From NCBI GenBank assembly GCA_010015585.1, contig ML975152.1: 64,000 nucleotides of DNA; one strand, given 5' to 3'. Made by a program: the position numbers and the translations under genes. This DNA comes from Eremomyces bilateralis CBS 781.70 (lineage: Eukaryota). Position 1 is the stretch's first letter, and each line of letters begins with the position of its first letter. The notes under the pieces were generated by a model. It searched no databases. It was not told the origin of the DNA and saw only the letters and a list, made by a program, of their open reading frames with translations. Shown piece by piece: positions 11,236-24,152 of this stretch.

Positions 11236-11698
11236 CTCTCCGGTCAAGGGATAAAGCTATGACTGCAAATGTATATAAGAATCAACTCCAATTGAATCTG
11301 TTCTCTTTCGTTCTCTTTCGACGACGGAATCCGATGACTCTAAATTTTTATATTGGATTGGGCCAATGGCGACAGGATGGTGTTGATGTTGGGGTGAGAC
11401 CGGGGGAGCCTGTCGGGCGTCGGCTTAATTAGTTGCATCATCATCTACCAGCGCCATCCTGCGTCACCATCAGTTACCATCCCATCCGTACACCCTGTCC
11501 CTTCATTCACTTATATCCCTCGCAAGTCACAAGTTCACATCGTCCACCGTCAACGCTCTGTACAGCTATAACCATCCGTTCCTTCATTACCACACATCCG
11601 ACAATTCCACTCAATGAAATCCTCCACAACCAACTCCTAAACTCCATCCCCCCACTGTCGGCAACCGAGCCCCATCCATCACCAGACCCCAACACATC

Positions 11699-12433
11699 AT
11701 GGCGCCTTACCCATTAGATACCGAAACTAACCCCTCCCGCGACAAGCCCGACGACAACGACAACGACAACGACAACCACCACGACGGCATCCCCGGCTGG
11801 GCCATCTTCCTCATCATCGTCATCCTAGTCGCCATCCTCGCCTCCGCCGCCTGGTTCCTCTGGGTACGCCTCCGCGCTCGCCGCAACGCCTCCTCCCTCC
11901 CCGCGCCTGCCCGCGGCGGGATCCTCGGCTGGCTCCGCTCGCGCCTCAATTCTGCGAAGAACCGGCGGTCGGCGCCCGGCGCCTACGAGCCGTCGGGGTA
12001 TGGCGGACGGAGCGGGCATGCGATGGATCACGACGAAGCGTGGGATGCGCGGGTGGGGCACGAGGCGGATGCGTATGGGCCGGCGGGGTATTATGAGGAG
12101 CAGGAATTGGGGTTGCATCCGTACCGGGGGCGGACGGAGTATGAAGGAGGGGGAGGGGCGCCGGCGGCGGGGTTGACGGTGGGGGTCGATCGGGGGAGGA
12201 GTACGAGTCGGCAGCGGGATGCGGAGGATGGGTATGATGAGGGCGTGACGAGGGGGGGCGTGGCGCCGTTGGATCGGGATCCGTTCAGCGATGAGGCAGA
12301 GCAGAGTAGTTTGCGGGGGGTCAGTCCGAAGCCGATTGATACGGACAAAGCGCAGAAGAGCAAAGCGGACGGAGGGGCGAGTACGGATAACAGTCCGACG
12401 GAGAGAAGGAGCATGTTCCGTGAAAATATGTAG
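11699..12433 (+). CDS. Uncharacterised single-pass fungal membrane protein (244 aa)
   Basis: Clean ATG ORF; hydrophobic segment WAIFLIIVILVAILASAAWFLWV followed by basic residues; DEAWDARV..YYEEQELGL and SPTERRSMFRENM resemble motifs I recall from conserved fungal hypothetical proteins; (GACAAC)n microsatellite near 11750-11775. Confidence 0.75.
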   Translation: MAPYPLDTETNPSRDKPDDNDNDNDNHHDGIPGWAIFLIIVILVAILASAAWFLWVRLRARRNASSLPAPARGGILGWLRSRLNSAKNRRSAPGAYEPSGYGGRSGHAMDHDEAWDARVGHEADAYGPAGYYEEQELGLHPYRGRTEYEGGGGAPAAGLTVGVDRGRSTSRQRDAEDGYDEGVTRGGVAPLDRDPFSDEAEQSSLRGVSPKPIDTDKAQKSKADGGASTDNSPTERRSMFRENM

Positions 12434-13074
12434 GCTGGGAGCATCTGGGTTTCGGCCATCTGTACGACAGCAAGCGGGCTTGTGGTGCTTATGACTTTCC
12501 GGTCTATTGTATGGACTTATGTTTACAGCTCGGTAAAAGGCTTAAGGCTAGCCGATGATACGGATATATGACTGCTTGGCTTCAAAAGTATCATGATGCA
12601 CTTTGTGCGGCCAATCTCCTTGACATGTTACCAGTATGATTGGGGATGCGTAGTCTCTAGTTGCACAAAAGAAAGGGTTGTACATGATTCTACGTTGATA
12701 ACATCGTTTAGTATGACGCCAACGTCTAACTAGTACTATGGAATCCTATATATATAATTGCTCTAGCTACAATAAAGCACCTCTGTTGGCTATGGAGACT
12801 CGGGATCGCAATCACTACTAACACGGGAATGGCGCAATCTAGACCCTGTCCTTCAAACACTCTAAGAGAGAGACTCGTCAGACCGGACGAAAAGCAAGCG
12901 GGAGCGATTACCGATCAACCTCTAAAGGAAAGAACCGAAGTTTCGAATCGGTCGACGACGGACTCTAGGGCTTACGGATTTATATAACGCGAGGTGTTTC
13001 GCATTTCATGTTCAACATGAATTTACAATACCAACATCCGAACACGCACATCGATTTCTTTTCATCTGCTCTTC

Positions 13075-14469
13075 ATGTCCCTGGCTACCGGTGAAACCGA
13101 GCATGTACACAGCCAGCATGTCTATACACTCGCCGGACAAGTGAAAGATGGGGAGGCATATCGGCTAGTGCCTGAGAATGGAACTACCCCGGAATTGTTG
13201 CTTGAGCCATCTAGGATCGTGGTAGCGAATGAAGACGAGATCATTTTTGTGAAGCCCCGAGACCTCGGGGATAAGAACGCCCTTCCGCAGCTGGATTCCG
13301 TTCGATGCCACCAATTACCGGAAAGCTTCAAGAAACTCTGGTCATCCCAATGGCTCAATCCGGATCCGAAGAGTAGGCTTCCGAAAGAACGACTTCGAGT
13401 GATCGTGTCGACCCTCTCTGGCCTTGGTCAGTCTCAAAGATTTTACGAGGAAACGATCCTACCACTCCTGAAACGCTTGGAGATCGACTTTGACCCTCAT
13501 TTCACCGAATCCCCATGGTCCGTATCGGAAATCACGGAACGTGAAATCCTACCGAAGGCACTAAAAGGGGAGAAGCAATCGGTCCTGTTGCTTTCCGGCG
13601 ATGGTGGCATTGTGGACATGGTCAACACCCTCCGCGGCGCGATGGATCGATCACAAGAGCATGGAGCGCAGTCCCGGTACCGCAACCCTTCCATCTTCCT
13701 CATCCCAATGGGGACCGGCAACGCCCTCGCCAACTCCACCGGCATCCTAAACGACGAGACCACCGGCCTGTCTACCTTCCTCCGCGGCATCCCGCACCCC
13801 CTCCCCCTCATGCGCGTCTCCTTCTCTCCCGATGCGAAACTCCTCGCCAACGAAGCCACCGAGGAGGAAGATCTCCCTCGCGACGCAGCCACCGGCCAGC
13901 ATCTCCTCTACGGCGCGGTGGTCTGCAGCTGGGGCGTTCACGCCAGCCTCGTCGCCGACAGCGACTCACAGGAATACCGCAAGTTCGGCATCGCCCGGTT
14001 CCAGATGGCGGCGCGCGAGGCGCTGTTTCCCGGCGACGGAAGCCCGCCACATACGTACCGCGGGGTGGTCAGCGTGCTCACCGAGGAAGGTCGATGGGCG
14101 CCGATGGAGCGCAGGGAGCACATGTACGTGCTGACGACGCTGGTGTCTGCATTGGAGAAGGGGTTTAGCATTTCTCCGGCGTCGATGCCCATGGATGGGA
14201 AGCTGCGGGTGGTGCATTTTGGGCCGGTGGGGGGGAAGGAGTGTATGCGGATTCTGACGGAGGCGTATCATGGAGGGGCGCATGTTAAGGACCCGAGTGT
14301 GGGATATGAGGAGATTCAGGGGCTGCGGGTGGACTTTGCGGACTTGGAGTCGGATAGTCGCTGGCGGAGGGTCTGTGTTGATGGGAAGATCATTCGCGTT
14401 GGCGGGAATGGGTATTATGAAGTGAGGCGAGATCCTCTGGTATGTATGGAGGTGGCACGGATGATCTAA
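13075..14469 (+). CDS. Diacylglycerol/sphingoid-base kinase-like protein (DAGK catalytic domain)
   Basis: VIVSTLSG, LLSGDGG, IPMGTGNALA and CVDG motifs; 464 aa uninterrupted. Confidence 0.85.
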   Translation: MSLATGETEHVHSQHVYTLAGQVKDGEAYRLVPENGTTPELLLEPSRIVVANEDEIIFVKPRDLGDKNALPQLDSVRCHQLPESFKKLWSSQWLNPDPKSRLPKERLRVIVSTLSGLGQSQRFYEETILPLLKRLEIDFDPHFTESPWSVSEITEREILPKALKGEKQSVLLLSGDGGIVDMVNTLRGAMDRSQEHGAQSRYRNPSIFLIPMGTGNALANSTGILNDETTGLSTFLRGIPHPLPLMRVSFSPDAKLLANEATEEEDLPRDAATGQHLLYGAVVCSWGVHASLVADSDSQEYRKFGIARFQMAAREALFPGDGSPPHTYRGVVSVLTEEGRWAPMERREHMYVLTTLVSALEKGFSISPASMPMDGKLRVVHFGPVGGKECMRILTEAYHGGAHVKDPSVGYEEIQGLRVDFADLESDSRWRRVCVDGKIIRVGGNGYYEVRRDPLVCMEVARMI

Positions 14470-15091
14470 ATGCTAGACGGAATTCTCAATTCATCCATAT
14501 GATAGATGCTATTCAAAACGATGCGAATTCCATACCTGTACTCCGTATCATGTACGGAATATGTCTGTGGTACCAAAGTGGATCACATGTAATTTCATAT
14601 TTCACAGCAAGCTTTCCAAGGATTTAGACTAGCACCAAACCAGCCTAGCGTTCAATCTTACCCGCCCATCAGCTTGTGACGTCGAACTTCCTCAACACAA
14701 AGATGAATGATGAAAGGATCTGATCATGGAACACTGAGAAGCCGACTCCCGGACGCATCCACCCCGTCTCGCTGCACGCTTCCATCATCCGCGTCTCTCT
14801 CCATCTGGTCTGGGCCTAAACGTGGGTCGATTACCCCTAACTCCCCCCCGCCGTCCCTTGTCATCGGCACTGCTCAGGTCATGTTCGGCTCCCTCCACGC
14901 CGTGCCGCCACCAACCGGTACCTCCACAGAAATCACCCCCTCCCACCACGATATGAATGCTTCTCAACGCGCGTGCCTACGAAATCTCGCAGTGGGTGGG
15001 AAACGACAACCCGCAAGGATCGAATACTCCGTTCTATCAGCTGCACCCGGCCTGGCGTCAACGGGTTTCGGAGACGCAACAGGCTAGGAGG

Positions 15092-18000
15092 ATGCTGCTA
15101 TTGCACCAGGTGGGGAGTGTAAAGGTTGGAGAAGTGGTCCGGTTCGTTAATCCCCTTTTCGGCCTCGTTAAATTCGCGTGTTGACGAGACTGCAGCTATC
15201 ATCTCACCTATACACCGGCAGCCGATCGCATCCTCCCTAGTCCGGAGAAGTTGTATGTTAGGATTCGCAATACCGCCGCCCTCCCCCTCCGTGCTGCATA
15301 TCTTCACGGTCCCTACAATCTCTACGTTGCAACCTATCCTGCAACCTTCGATCCGAATTCAAAACTCGAAGACCCGAAACAACATGGAGTCCCAGAGTAT
15401 GAGCCCTTCCTCAAAGCAGGAGGTTCGTGGATGTCAAAGTTGGTGGTCCCCGAAGACATCCGCATTAGTGGCCATAGACCAGATGATGATACACGCGGGA
15501 GCGTGGATTATGACAACCCAAGGAGCGTGACGTGGATTATTGAGATCGCGTCCCAGATCATCTTCTCCGCGACCGCGTCGGTGAACTTCGAGTTGCTCGT
15601 GGGCCGGGACGAGCGGTCGCTCGAGCTAGGTTACGCTCCGGTCGCAAATGGTGGGAAGGCCGATCCGGGAAAGATTCCGGACTATTTGTTACGCCATCAC
15701 CACCATCCGGTAGCCGGGCACCACGTTCATGCGACGCATCAAAAGCCGAGCCGGAACGGCATCTTCTCAAAGGCGGTGGATCTGCGCGTGGAGGACACAG
15801 CAGCTCTTTGGTCGAAACCGTCGTTGCCGGTGTGGGACCATGAGTGTACGGACGATGGTCACCATGGCTGTTGCTATCTCAAGGAGAAGGTCAAGAAACA
15901 AAAGAAGATTCATTTAGTCATCTTGACGCATGGCCTGCATAGTAACTTGGGTGCGGATATGCTTTTTATGAAGGAGAGAATCGAAGCCGCGGCTCGAGAA
16001 GCTAAGAAAGCAAGGAAGAGGAAGAATGAAAGCACAGGGACAGGTCCTGAAAGTCGCGATGGTCCAGCTTTGCACCGCTCAGCGACCGACGACTCCACTG
16101 CTTCAAACCGCACAGTCCGGCCTGAAGGCGATACCCTGATCCAGACGGGCGAAGACGAAGACGAGGATGTCATGGTCCGTGGCTTTCATGGCAACGCAGC
16201 GAGAACCGAACGAGGCATTCAGTACCTTGGGAAGAGGCTTGCGAAGTATATTTTGGAGCTCACCTACCCGCATCAGCCGTATCTACCAATGAAGAGGTCC
16301 ATGTCACAACGAATATCCGGGAACTTCCAGAGCGATAAAGCAGGGGAACCCGAGGCTCACGCCGGCAGCTCGATCCGTCAAAGTGACCCAAAATCCGACG
16401 AACTTGCTGAGAAGTTGCCATATCGGTATACAAGCATCAGCTTCGTCGGACATTCATTGGGAGGCGTCATTCAGATGTATGCAATCGCATACATCCAAAA
16501 GCACTCTCCCAAATTCTTCGAGCGGATCCAGCCGGTCAACTTCATCTCCCTCTCTTCGCCCTTGCTCGGTCTGAGCAACGAGAACCCCATGTACGTGAAG
16601 TTCGCCTTGGACTTTGGACTCGTCGGCCGAACTGGCCAAGATCTCGGTTTAACCTGGCGAGCCCCGACCCTCGCGCGCAATGGTTGGGCAGCCATGGTCG
16701 GAGGCCTGGGTTCCGCCGCACAGAAAGATCAGCGCGAGGAAGATCCGGGCGCGAAGCCTCTGCTACGAATCCTCCCAACCGGGCCAGCGCATCAGGTCTT
16801 GAAGTTGTTTCGGAATAGGACCCTGTACTCGAACGTTGTTAACGATGGCATCGTCCCGCTTCGAACCAGTTGTTTGCTCTTCCTTGACTGGAGAGGACTC
16901 GACAAAGTGGAGAAAGCTAGGAGAGAAAACGGGTTCGTTGGCACGATGGCCGGCTGGGGATGGGCTGAGATTACGGGTCAAAATGCGTCACATTCACCAC
17001 TGTCACCCAAACCAGCTCCAGCCAAGGACTCGGAAAGTCAAGAAAGTGAAGGGTCGGAAAGCCTAAGACCTGACCGGGACAGCTCGACGGTGCCTCAACC
17101 CGGTGAGGATGTTACTAATATGGACGATGAATCGCAAACCATTACGCGAGGAAAGAGCATAGTCGGCGAGAATTTTCCGGTCCGACAATCAGCCTTGGAC
17201 CAAAAACCTACTCCGAACCCCCCTAGTATTACTGCCTTTGGCAGCTTTCTGAATTTCTTTCGACCGAGCGGAGAGTTGACCAAGAAGGATCATAAGATGT
17301 TCACCAGAAGTCAAACCGTGAAGATGGACGGTACTGATGAGAATTCGCCGCGCAATGAACCAGAACGTGCAAGAGACGATCAAGACCTCGAACGGCAATC
17401 GAAGCGTCCAACCGTTTCGATGGGCGATTCAGTACTGGACGATCCGCAAAACGTCAATGCACCCCCGAAGACCACCATATTTGAATCAGCTGGAGATATC
17501 CTGAGCCCACCGCTTCCTCCCCTTGAGTTTATCCTCGACCCTTCTGCTCGTCCCCGAACCATCTTCCATGACCGAATCTACCGTCCCGATGACATCCCAC
17601 CCCCACCCCTACGCCGAGTAAATCGTGGGACGAGATCGTTTTCCGGGGACTGGAGCGGCTTAAAATCCCCGACCCAAGGATCTCAAGAGTCGGCCAAGAG
17701 CGGGAGCTCGGGCATGAAAGTGGAAGAGAAGATTGCCCGGGCGTATCACAAAAATCTGACGTGGCGAAAGGTTCTGGTCCGGCTGGAACCGGATGCTCAT
17801 AACAACATCGCCGTCCGTCGCATGTTCTCCAATGCGTATGGGTGGCCGGTGGTCAAGCATCTTTGCGATACCCATTTCGGCGATACATATACTGCCGTCA
17901 CCCGTGATGAGGATGAACCTGTCGTCGACCGTGCAGGCACGAGCCCTCATCTCAATGAGCATGGTAATGAAGTTTCCGGGCAAACCGCATCCACAGCCCC

Positions 18001-18640
18001 CAAGGTCAAAGACGGCGAACTTCAAGAACAAGATGACGAGGTCACGCATCTCCCCCTGCGGCCGGTGACCAGCGACACAACGCGGACCGCCGAATCCAGC
18101 TTCAGCGATACCGACACGAGCATCTGGGACGACCGCTATTTCGGCGAGACCAGCGAGGATGAAGATGCCGTTGCTGGACCGTTGCGGTTCTTGAATGCCG
18201 CACCGCAGAGGCGAGGGAAGGGAAAGGAGAAAATCCGGCCCCTGGACGCGGGAGCTCTACGACAGCCTGGAACAGCTGTTCTGGGAACCAGCGGCCCGGG
18301 CTCACCGCTTGCTCATGAACAGATTACGGATACATTGACTGCGTCTCCGCGGCCGATGGAAGGGCATCGGGGGCTAGCTCCATTTTCCAAGGCGCCGGAA
18401 CCGCCGCGGGGTAATCCGGTGAAGGGGGAAGAATCAGAGCCGACGACTCCGGTCGTCGGGGTCGCTGCGGTCTCGTCGCCGACTGAGTCTTCTCAAGCGG
18501 CATCTCCGCCAGCTGCTGTTGGTCAAGTCGGTCTACGGAACTCTAGGGAGGTAATGAAAGCCGAAGAGGTGGACGGCGTGAGCAAGAAAGTCACGCGTCT
18601 GAGTATGTCGGAAGGGGATTCACCAAATGGACATGTATAA
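15092..18640 (+). CDS. DUF676 putative serine esterase/lipase (Rog1-like); intron 15142-15195; possible upstream in-frame start at 14957
   Basis: MLLLHQVGSVKVGEVVR|YHLTYTP N-terminus, HLVILTHGLHSN, GIQYLGKRLA, SFVGHSLGG (GxSxG), NDGIVPLRT, DAHNNIAVRR. Confidence 0.88.
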
Positions 18641-19449
18641 ATGGGCAATTCGACCGTAATTGGGCGTACTGGGTTGCATTTGTTGGCGGTCGCTTGCGAC
18701 TTTTGAATGGCTTTGCATGATTCGGATACCCCTCATTTGTCGAAAAGGTCATGGTCAATGGAAAGGTGGTCGGTTTGATGTCAATGATACCTTACAATAA
18801 TATATATTGGCGCTTAGCTGCAGCTTCAGCCGGATGCTTATATCGTGATGTGCGTTGAATCCATTTCTTAGGACGGACTTCCTTAACTAATAATCAGCAA
18901 TCGGAATTGTCGCTGGGCCATATACGAGAAACTCCTTCCGATTATATGTTCGGGTGGCGTACCCGGGGTAGCTTTCCACCGCAATAGGATTCTGCTCCTT
19001 GCATTGCATAGATGCATGCGGTGATGAACGCTGTCGCAAGTTGACCCCTAGTTGTCTCAAGATACTCCTAGGGCCGACTCTCATGGGCTGCCGTACTTGA
19101 CACGAACCGCCTTCAATTGCCCTAAAAGTCTTTAGAAATCTTAGGTACCGCTCTATGGACCTTCCCAAGGTATCGACATGTAGCCTCATCACATCCATTT
19201 GAACGAGCCGTCTTGTCAACTTTCTGCCAAACCCTCGACAATGATACGGTTCTAGACCGGCACTGTACATAAGGGCCAAAGACGTCCAGTACCCCTTCGT
19301 CCCGATTCAGATACGATTCTATATTCTTCACGGGATTATGATACCACGCGGAGGCGTTCTTCGAGACCGAACCAGACGACTTGTTCAATGCTCGAGACCT
19401 ATCCACGACGACCCTACAGTCAAGCAAGGCCCTGCGTCCGCAAACAACC

Positions 19450-20022
19450 ATGTCGGAATCATCGAGTCCAGCTTCAGTCCAATCGGCCTCGCCATCCATC
19501 GAGACGCTGGTGCGGGGACGACTTAGCATGAACCACCGCGCCTGCCCGTACAAACCCCTCTCCGCCTCCCACTTCGACTCGCTCAAGCAGCACACCGTCA
19601 TCGAGAAAACAGGAGAGCGGGGTCAATGGTGCGAACGGCACGGGTTTCTGGTCCTGCCGGATGAAAGTGCGAAGGAGAGAATTGCGGTGCCGGAGGAGCG
19701 ACGTGGGATTGAGTTGGTGTCGACGCCTTCAGTAGCGGTCAGGTCCGAACACAGGTTTCGGGTGTCGAAGAGGAGGAAACCGAAACGAATGAAGGTGAGG
19801 GTATGGATTGATTGCGACCATTGCGTGCAGATGCTCGGCCGTAAAGAGTGGGTGTATGAGGCGGACGTATGTCAGCGAAGTACTTGTGCAGGAGAGGTCA
19901 ATCCAGTCCAGTGGTGGTGTATAAAAGTCCAAGGACGATTTGCTGGCTGCTGTGCAGCTGGCTGTGGTTTGAAGTTAAACAAATTTCGAACCGAACCCGA
20001 CTATTCGGACAGCGTTTCCTAA
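19450..20022 (+). CDS. Hypothetical Cys-rich protein (possible Zn-binding C-terminus)
   Basis: ATG ORF of about 190 aa with CDHC, CQRSTC, CCAAGC and a basic patch SKRRKPKR; no family recognised. Confidence 0.4.
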   Translation: MSESSSPASVQSASPSIETLVRGRLSMNHRACPYKPLSASHFDSLKQHTVIEKTGERGQWCERHGFLVLPDESAKERIAVPEERRGIELVSTPSVAVRSEHRFRVSKRRKPKRMKVRVWIDCDHCVQMLGRKEWVYEADVCQRSTCAGEVNPVQWWCIKVQGRFAGCCAAGCGLKLNKFRTEPDYSDSVS

Positions 20023-22267
20023 ATCTTTCTCTTCAGCAACCCTTTGAAGAAGTCGAAACTGTTGCTGTCGCTTTGTAACTGCCACTTCTTGCCGGTAGGG
20101 ATGTCATTGTAACCCAGCTCTTCCGCCACTAAAAGGCCCCAATCTCGCGTGATGCCTTTCACTCGTGCTCTGAGACCTCCTTCGCTTTCTATGGTCACGA
20201 TTTGGTCGCTGTGTAGACCGAGTTAGCTGGGAAGTCAGACAAAGGATAGACGACTTACGTATGGAGCCATTTCTTGTAGTAATCCTCCTCCATATTTGCG
20301 TCCCATCCGGTCCGACAAAATTTCTGATAGATGTTCTCAAATTTCGCCAAAATGCTCGCGAGGAGACTTTCGGAACTAAATGGGCGGAGTCCGGCAGCTT
20401 TGGCGAGCAGATTGAGGGCAGTAGTCGGTAAGGCATTCGCAACATTGACGCCAATACCAACAACCAATGTGAAGTCTCCTCCCGCGTAGGAGGAATTGAC
20501 AAGAATGCCAGCGATCTTAGCATATGAGTTTCTATCCTCGGTCTTTCCACTCGAAGCGAACTCAGGTCGAAGTGCATATACATCGTTGGGCCACTTGAGT
20601 TTGATTGGCAACTTGGAATAACCCGGACCATAGGATTTAATGCCGTCGACAATTGCCAGTGCCGCAAGGTACTGAATAAATACCACAGGGGAAGTGTTGA
20701 GCGATTTCAGTGGATGTCTAATAACGGTACTAAACATCAGTGCACCTGGTGGTGTTACCCATACATTTGACCCTCGCCCGCGTCCTGCAACTTGTGTCGT
20801 TGCGGTGGCAGTGAACCCGTGTGGTAGGTGATTCAACAGCTTCACATTCCTAGATAATGGATCAGTCTTCTATACACTAGTTTTGGGCATGACACTTACT
20901 TCTCCAGCAAAGTGCTCGTGCTTGTTACAACCTCGCCATAAAGAAGGCATTTGCCAAAGTTGCCTTCGACGCGAGATTGCGATGCATACTGGCGCAGAGC
21001 AGAGAAGAAGCCGTGGTGGCTGAAGTACGGGGTCTCTTTATTCGACGGTAGGTCGGACTCGTGGATAGCAATACGTTTGACGAGCTTCTCATAATCGAGA
21101 ATCCTATCATCCGATGCGAGGGGCTCGTCAGTACGGTCCTCTGAATCGCCAACAATCGACTTGACTGAAGATGTAATGGCAGATAGATCCCAGGTCCCGC
21201 TATATTCAAGACGGAACGTGTCCATCTCGCAGCGGATCGTATCTACCTTGCCCTCCTTTGAAATAATCCCGGACCACTCCGAGAGGAGCGTAGAGACAGT
21301 GGAAGGGTCAAAGCTAGAGAGGTGAAGTCTGGAAAGGGACGGTACCGAATGGTTCTCGCTGTTGACTTCAAGACCCAACTTTCTTAAACATGCCCGGAGG
21401 AACGCGACTCGAGGAGCGTCATCAGCTGTGATGGCATCGATGGCCTTGGAATATTCGGGAAGGTCGTCTCGCTTGCTCAAATTGATTCCAGCAAACCTAG
21501 CATCGGTTAGACCAATGTCACCGACCGTGGAAGTTTCTTACTCAGGGTGTGGTCCGGTGAGGATTATTCGTCCGCTCCCAGACTTGCAGAATATCACCGC
21601 AGCGGCCCCTTCACCGGAATCGACCTTTAGGGGCTCAGTATATGAGGCGAGGACCTCAACACCCTTTCCCACAAGTTCTTGTGCGTCCACAAAGACTCCG
21701 CCCCCATTGTAATATGATCTGAAAGTTTTTGAGAGTCCCGAGTCGGATCCAAGTGCTTCAGAGTTTACGGAAAGCTCGACAGCTCTTGCTCCAGCCTCGC
21801 TGTTGTAGACAAACCCGGGGAAAGCCAATCCTCTGCAGATGCCAGGGAAAAAGGCCAGCTCCCGGTCACCAATCACCTCCATGCGCTTCGAACCCACTTC
21901 AAACTCGCATCTCTTGCTTCCGTAGTATCCGCCAGCGCAGAAACCAAGATAGGCTCCCCCGCCTTGAACGTATCGCTTGATCCGCCGGTTCCCCTCCCCA
22001 TCCAGGGTTCGACAATAGGCAGCGTCTGCTCCGCCCGGAATGACAAGCAGAGCACAGGAGCTCATCCATGGTTCTTTAACCAGCACATCTCCGGTGACGG
22101 GAATGACGGCATAGTGAGGCGATAGCAGGCGTCGGAGGGAATAGACGCAGTGCCGAACACTTTCCACGGTGCTTCCGTTGCCTATGGTCGGGTTAAATAT
22201 GCCTAGAAATGACGAGACAGGTAGACGTACCAGAATAGACAAGGACGTCAATTTTCTTGTTCGACAT
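20019..22267 (-). CDS. BPL1: Biotin-protein ligase (N-terminal BPL_N domain + BPL catalytic domain); exons 22267-22231, 22181-21542, 21496-20900, 20849-20259, 20208-20019
   Basis: DVLVYSGNGST..IPGGAD..YLGFCAGGYYG..TGPHPE; GEVVTST, QVAGRGRGSNVW, KWPNDVY, KIAGILV, GIGVNV; C-terminus SDSNSFDFFKGLLKRKI. All introns GT-AG. Confidence 0.95.
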
Positions 22268-22419
22268 GTCTATAACGTCAAAAATGCGGCGTATTGGCTC
22301 TTAGGATCTTGGTGGTCTTATATCGGGACCACCTCAAACATGGACTCTCCGTAGCAATTTTTCTTCAACAAATTACAGACTTTGCGTCGACAAATCCCGA
22401 CTCCACGGCAAAACAAATA

Positions 22420-22912
22420 ATGATATCTCGTCCACCCAAAGATAAGGCTCCAGAGCCGATCGATGATGACGAACCCGATGAATGGTGAGGTTCGCTATTG
22501 GACTTCGTGAATCGGTTCTGACGAGATACGGGAACAGGGACCAGACGATTTTGAACACCGGGTGTGCTGGTAAGGCCGTATTGTCCTTCGGTCAAAATCT
22601 CCGCTAATCTCCAGCAGCCGAGAATGAGAAATTGAGAGACTGTTTCTACGAAACGAAAGACTGGAGAGAGTGTAAAGACGAGGTAAGGTTTTACGGCCGC
22701 CGAAGTTGAGGCTCTCCCAACCCCTAGTCGCTCGACTTCCAAAGCCGTCAATCCATATTACCGAACCCGAACAATCAAGCTGGGTGGGTCTTGTGAAGAA
22801 ACAAAAGTGCTAATATGTTTGTCGGTCTATACAGATGCAGGCATTTCGGCAGTGTTGGCAGCAGCAGGGAAATAACGAGCGGACTTCAACGAAGGATGTA
22901 CCAAAAACGTAA
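22420..22912 (+). CDS. COA4: Twin-CX9C cytochrome c oxidase assembly factor Coa4 (about 80 aa, not resolved by the ORF track); exons 22420-22484, 22538-22569, 22618(or 22615)-22682, 22835-22912
   Basis: Spliced: MISRPPKDKAPEPIDDDEPDEWDQTILNTGCAAENEKLRDCFYETKDWRECKDEMQAFRQCWQQQGNNERTSTKDVPKT*. Two CX9C motifs and the DEWD..I..TGC signature. Confidence 0.85.
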
Positions 22913-23124
22913 CCGGAGAGCTGCTCACATTCTCACAACCACCTTCTGATTACACAATGAGTCTCCAGCACCTAGATATTGTACTATTAGCAGCCATTCA
23001 TGTACTATAATTGCCAGATCTTCGCTCTGTCGGCGATTGTATACATCACGTGATCTGGCGTTCTATCACGACTTGAGCTTCGCGTCTAGCTCCCAAATTA
23101 CACGCAAGAATTAATCCCAACGCA

Positions 23125-24152
23125 ATGAGCGTCATGTCACGATTTGGGTCCTTAATACCGCTCGGGGAAGGTGCCCTGGTATCTAAATGTGCCAAACCAG
23201 GTGCCGGCTCGCGTTATCGAACCGGCCAAAGGCCATTCGCTCGAACGCAACCGACGTGGCGAGCGGTTTCGACGACAACCGGAAAAGGGACGATAGCACC
23301 CAAGCCTAGGACGAGCCCAAGTGGCAAATCAACAGTCTCATACGCCTCGACAGCAACTACGACATCTGCTACACGACCATCACCCGCGACCTCTACCACC
23401 CGACCATCGCCTACCACCTCTACCGCCCGACCATCCCCTCCCGCAGCCACCAGCTCGAAACCTCTCCAGCGATCCCCTACCTCCCCTCCACACCATGACA
23501 TGGCCTCCGGCCTCCTCGACGCGATGCCCGGACCCCCGCCCAAGATCCTCCCCGACGGCCAACCCGAGGCCGTCGACTGGTCGCGCTCGTTCTCCGGGAT
23601 GAGCACGGTGCCGTTCAGCAAAGAATCCGCCGACGTGCTGCTTCGACCGATCCCCCCGGAAGATATCGAGATCAAACCGGATGGGATCGTGTATCTGCCC
23701 GAAATCAAGTATCGACGGATATTGAACCGCGCGTTTGGGCCCGGGGGTTGGGGGCTAGCGCCAAGGGGGGAGACGATTGTGACGCCGAAGAGCGTGAATA
23801 GGGAGTATGGACTGGTTGTCCAGGGGAGGTAAGCGGAGGTGTTCATAAGCTAGGTACGACGGTGCTGATGAAATCCAGGCTGGTCTCCATCGCTCGCGGC
23901 GAACAACAATACTTCGACCCGGAAGGGATCCCGACGGCGACGGAAGGGTGCAAGTCGAACGCGCTGATGCGGTGCTGCAAAGATCTAGGCATCGCCTCCG
24001 AGCTGTGGGATCCGGTGTTTATTAGGGGGTTCATGAGCAAGTACTCGAAAGAGGTCTGGGTGGAGCACGTGGCGACGAAGAAGAAGCGGAAGATCGTGAC
24101 GAAGAAGGGGGTGGAAGTGAAATATCCGTACAAAGAAACCAGCTTCGCGTGA
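23125..24152 (+). CDS. MGM101: Mitochondrial genome maintenance protein Mgm101 (Rad52-type); intron 23829-23878
   Basis: [71 protein letters not shown]; basic, Ser/Thr-rich presequence with a 27-bp x3 repeat (23374-23442). Confidence 0.95.
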
